Source: Eledone cirrhosa (lineage: Eukaryota). From it: a DNA stretch of 64,000 nucleotides. Of the stretch, positions 61,429 to 64,000 are shown piece by piece; position 1 is the first letter of the stretch; each line of letters opens with the position of its first letter. Below the pieces are notes generated by a model. That model was not told the DNA's origin, did no database searches, and saw nothing but the letters and a program-made list of their open reading frames with translations. The stretch lies in contig OZ024740.1 in NCBI GenBank assembly GCA_964016885.1, forward strand, positions 218,984,001 through 219,048,000. The letters run 5' to 3'. A program made the position numbers and the translations under genes.

Positions 61429-64000
61429 TTACTGTTGGCTTTTGTGTTTTTGCGTGCGGAAAATGGAGGACAAATGCAACCCAGATTAAGAGAATCAGAA
61501 AATAAGAGAATAAAAAAAAAATCAGATGAACAGAATATATTCCATGGAGACTTTATACCTACTATTGTTCTGCTTAGTTCTTGCCCCATTAAACACAGCT
61601 GTAAGCACTGCCAGATATAGCTAGAATGTCAACAGAACTAAAGATAAATCATCTTGCTTAAAATAGAAGATACAAAGTTGAAGGGTAATTGAGAGACACG
61701 GCTGGAATAGCTTTTTCAAACAGCTAAGTGTTTTAGTTTAGCTTTGATATGGCTATTGAAAGCTGATTTTGACAAATGTGTCAGAACCACTCTCTGACAG
61801 GGCAAGCTAACTAAATTAGTAAAACACTGAAGCCAGAGTCATGACACTACATGAAATAATAATTGCAGTTGTTACTGTTGTTGTTGTTGTTCTTCTTCTT
61901 TAGTTCCAGATCAGTCCTGATTGAGCAGACTTTTGGTTAACACTTTTGTTACCATAGTCCTTAATGTCACTGCCTATAATTTAGAAATCATTTTGAAAAT
62001 AATTAAGAATTTGGAGAGATTTTAGTAATATAACTTTCTCATTATTAATCCTTTTGATAGAAAACTACTAGAAACCACTCTGAATTTCTGATATAAAACA
62101 GCTATTTTAAAGTGTTTATTCTTATAATAAAATCTTACATTATAATTCTATTTTAGATATTTTTGTTAATTAACTCTCTAAATATCCGCTTACTAATGAA
62201 AAACTCAATTATTTCATTAGATTTTTCCAAAATTAATTGAAACATATAGGCAGTGTATTTCTTCAGAAATACTTTAAAGAAAAGGTTAAGCTGGTGCTTG
62301 GAACATAACATAACCAATGTTCTTACATACAATTATGATAGAAGGATTTTAGATAAATATAAACTTTCTAAAATAAAATTGATTTATATGATTTGTATCA
62401 TAGAACCAGAGGAGGTTTCAGACAGTTTGGTATCAAATGGGTTAATGGTATTCTAACTATGGCCATCTCATCTCTTTTCTGTATACAAGAAACCCAATAT
62501 TACATTATCCAATGTCTTTTCAAAGATAGTTGAGGCATAGTTTGAAACAGATTTGGCTCTCATTTGTAACAGGTCAAGCAGCTACAGATTGTTGGCTCAG
62601 TACCTAGGTTTTAAGAAACATCTAAAGAAATATACCATAAGAACTGCTATCATCATCACCATCATCATTTGAATGTCCGCTTTCATTAACCACTTTGATA
62701 ACAAACAATCTGAAATTGCCTGTGGTTTACAACACAAATTTGCCCATTTGAAATTGTCCAAACTTATCTAAAAACCTTCCATCATAATTCTATGTAAAAA
62801 CCTTAATTGAATTATCTTCTGAATACCAACTTAACGAGAAAGTTAGTTATATTACTAAATTCCTCTAAATCTAAATCTTCAATTATTTAAAAAATGAATT
62901 TAAATGCATAGACAGTATCTTTCATTAGAAATCTGGTAACAAATGGGTTAAAGAGTCAATTAAACATTCTTTTTCCTTTTCCTCCTCCATCCCCTCACTT
63001 TCCCCCTCTTCATCATCATCATCATCATCATCCATTTTTCATACTGGCATGAATTGATCATTGCTGTCTGATTCAGCTTCTAATCAGAGTTACTGCCTCC
63101 CAGATAAGTTGCAGGTCTATGTCTCACTTGATTGCTTCTTTTGACATGGTTTCTATGTCTAGATACCCTTTCTAATACCAACTTTAGAGAGTATACTGGG
63201 TGTATTTAGAGAGTCTGTCACATCTTCCCCATCCTACCCTACTCCATTACAGAGTCTACTGGTTGCATTTTAACATGGCACCAACATTTTGAGTAGAGCA
63301 CATTATGGCTCACAACAGTAATACTAGCAGAATCAAGAAATAACCACATGGTCTGGAGTTTAGTCCTACTGTTTGGGCAGATATTTTCTAATATAGCCTC
63401 TGGTTGACCAATGCTTTGGAAATAAAATTTTGTAGAAAAAAGCTGTGTGGAAACTCATCATGTGTGTGTGTGTGTGTGTGTGTTAATGGTTATTGTTTGT
63501 TTATGTCCTGCAACTTGGCAGTTCAACAAATAGAGATAAATACAATAATTAATAGACTTGAAAAAATATGTATTGACATGACATTATTAGGATTTACTAA
63601 ATCCCTTAAAGGCATGACCATAGTCTAATGACTGAAACCAATACATCATTTAATGTTTGTTTTCCCCACTAGCAAGGTTGACATAACATAAATAGGAATA
63701 ACAACAGCATATGCGTTGAGACAATTTTAGTGACTTTCTAGGATTTCAGCTAGAAATAGCAGTCAAATCTACCTCAAAGCAGATTCTATTGTCTTGTAAA
63801 ATAAGGTTACTGTGTTGAGGGAAAAGATGGAACAATCACAGCTGGGATGTCTTTCATCATAGCTATGTCAAAATTCTCAGGGTTGACCTGGGGCTAAACA
63901 AGAATAAATGACAAAAACATCAATAGAGATTAAAGAAATAACAATGATAAAAAAAAATGTTTTAACTGAAACATTTCTAAAGATGAATCCCAAATGAATA

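Overview
AT-rich, microsatellite-dense animal genomic DNA that is almost entirely transposable-element derived. The SINE families and repeat landscape suggest an octopus or other cephalopod, but this is inference. No host gene could be identified with confidence; two weak minus-strand exon candidates are noted. Retroelements: two Tx1/L1-clade LINEs (one full length with ORF1 and ORF2), a pile-up of R4/Dong-type restriction-like-endonuclease LINEs in (AAT)n, RTE-clade LINEs carrying a PHD-type finger inside the RT region, CRE- and HERO-like remnants, and a scrambled Penelope-like element. DNA elements: a Helitron 3' end and TA-, TTAA- and 8-bp-TSD MITEs. Also about 35 copies of one tRNA-derived SINE and three minisatellites. 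Most notable observations: (1) the dominant SINE shares its 3' end and an ATTA-initiated 14-19 bp target duplication with the full-length Tx1 LINE, suggesting a Tx1-driven, ATT-targeted SINE/LINE pair; (2) different retroelement clades appear to partition microsatellite landing pads by motif and strand; (3) several hammerhead-ribozyme-like motifs lie in Penelope-type or (TA)n-embedded repeats, one with an intact core; (4) both 17-bp minisatellites arose from inside small transposons. All assignments come from reading motifs by eye; no searches were run.
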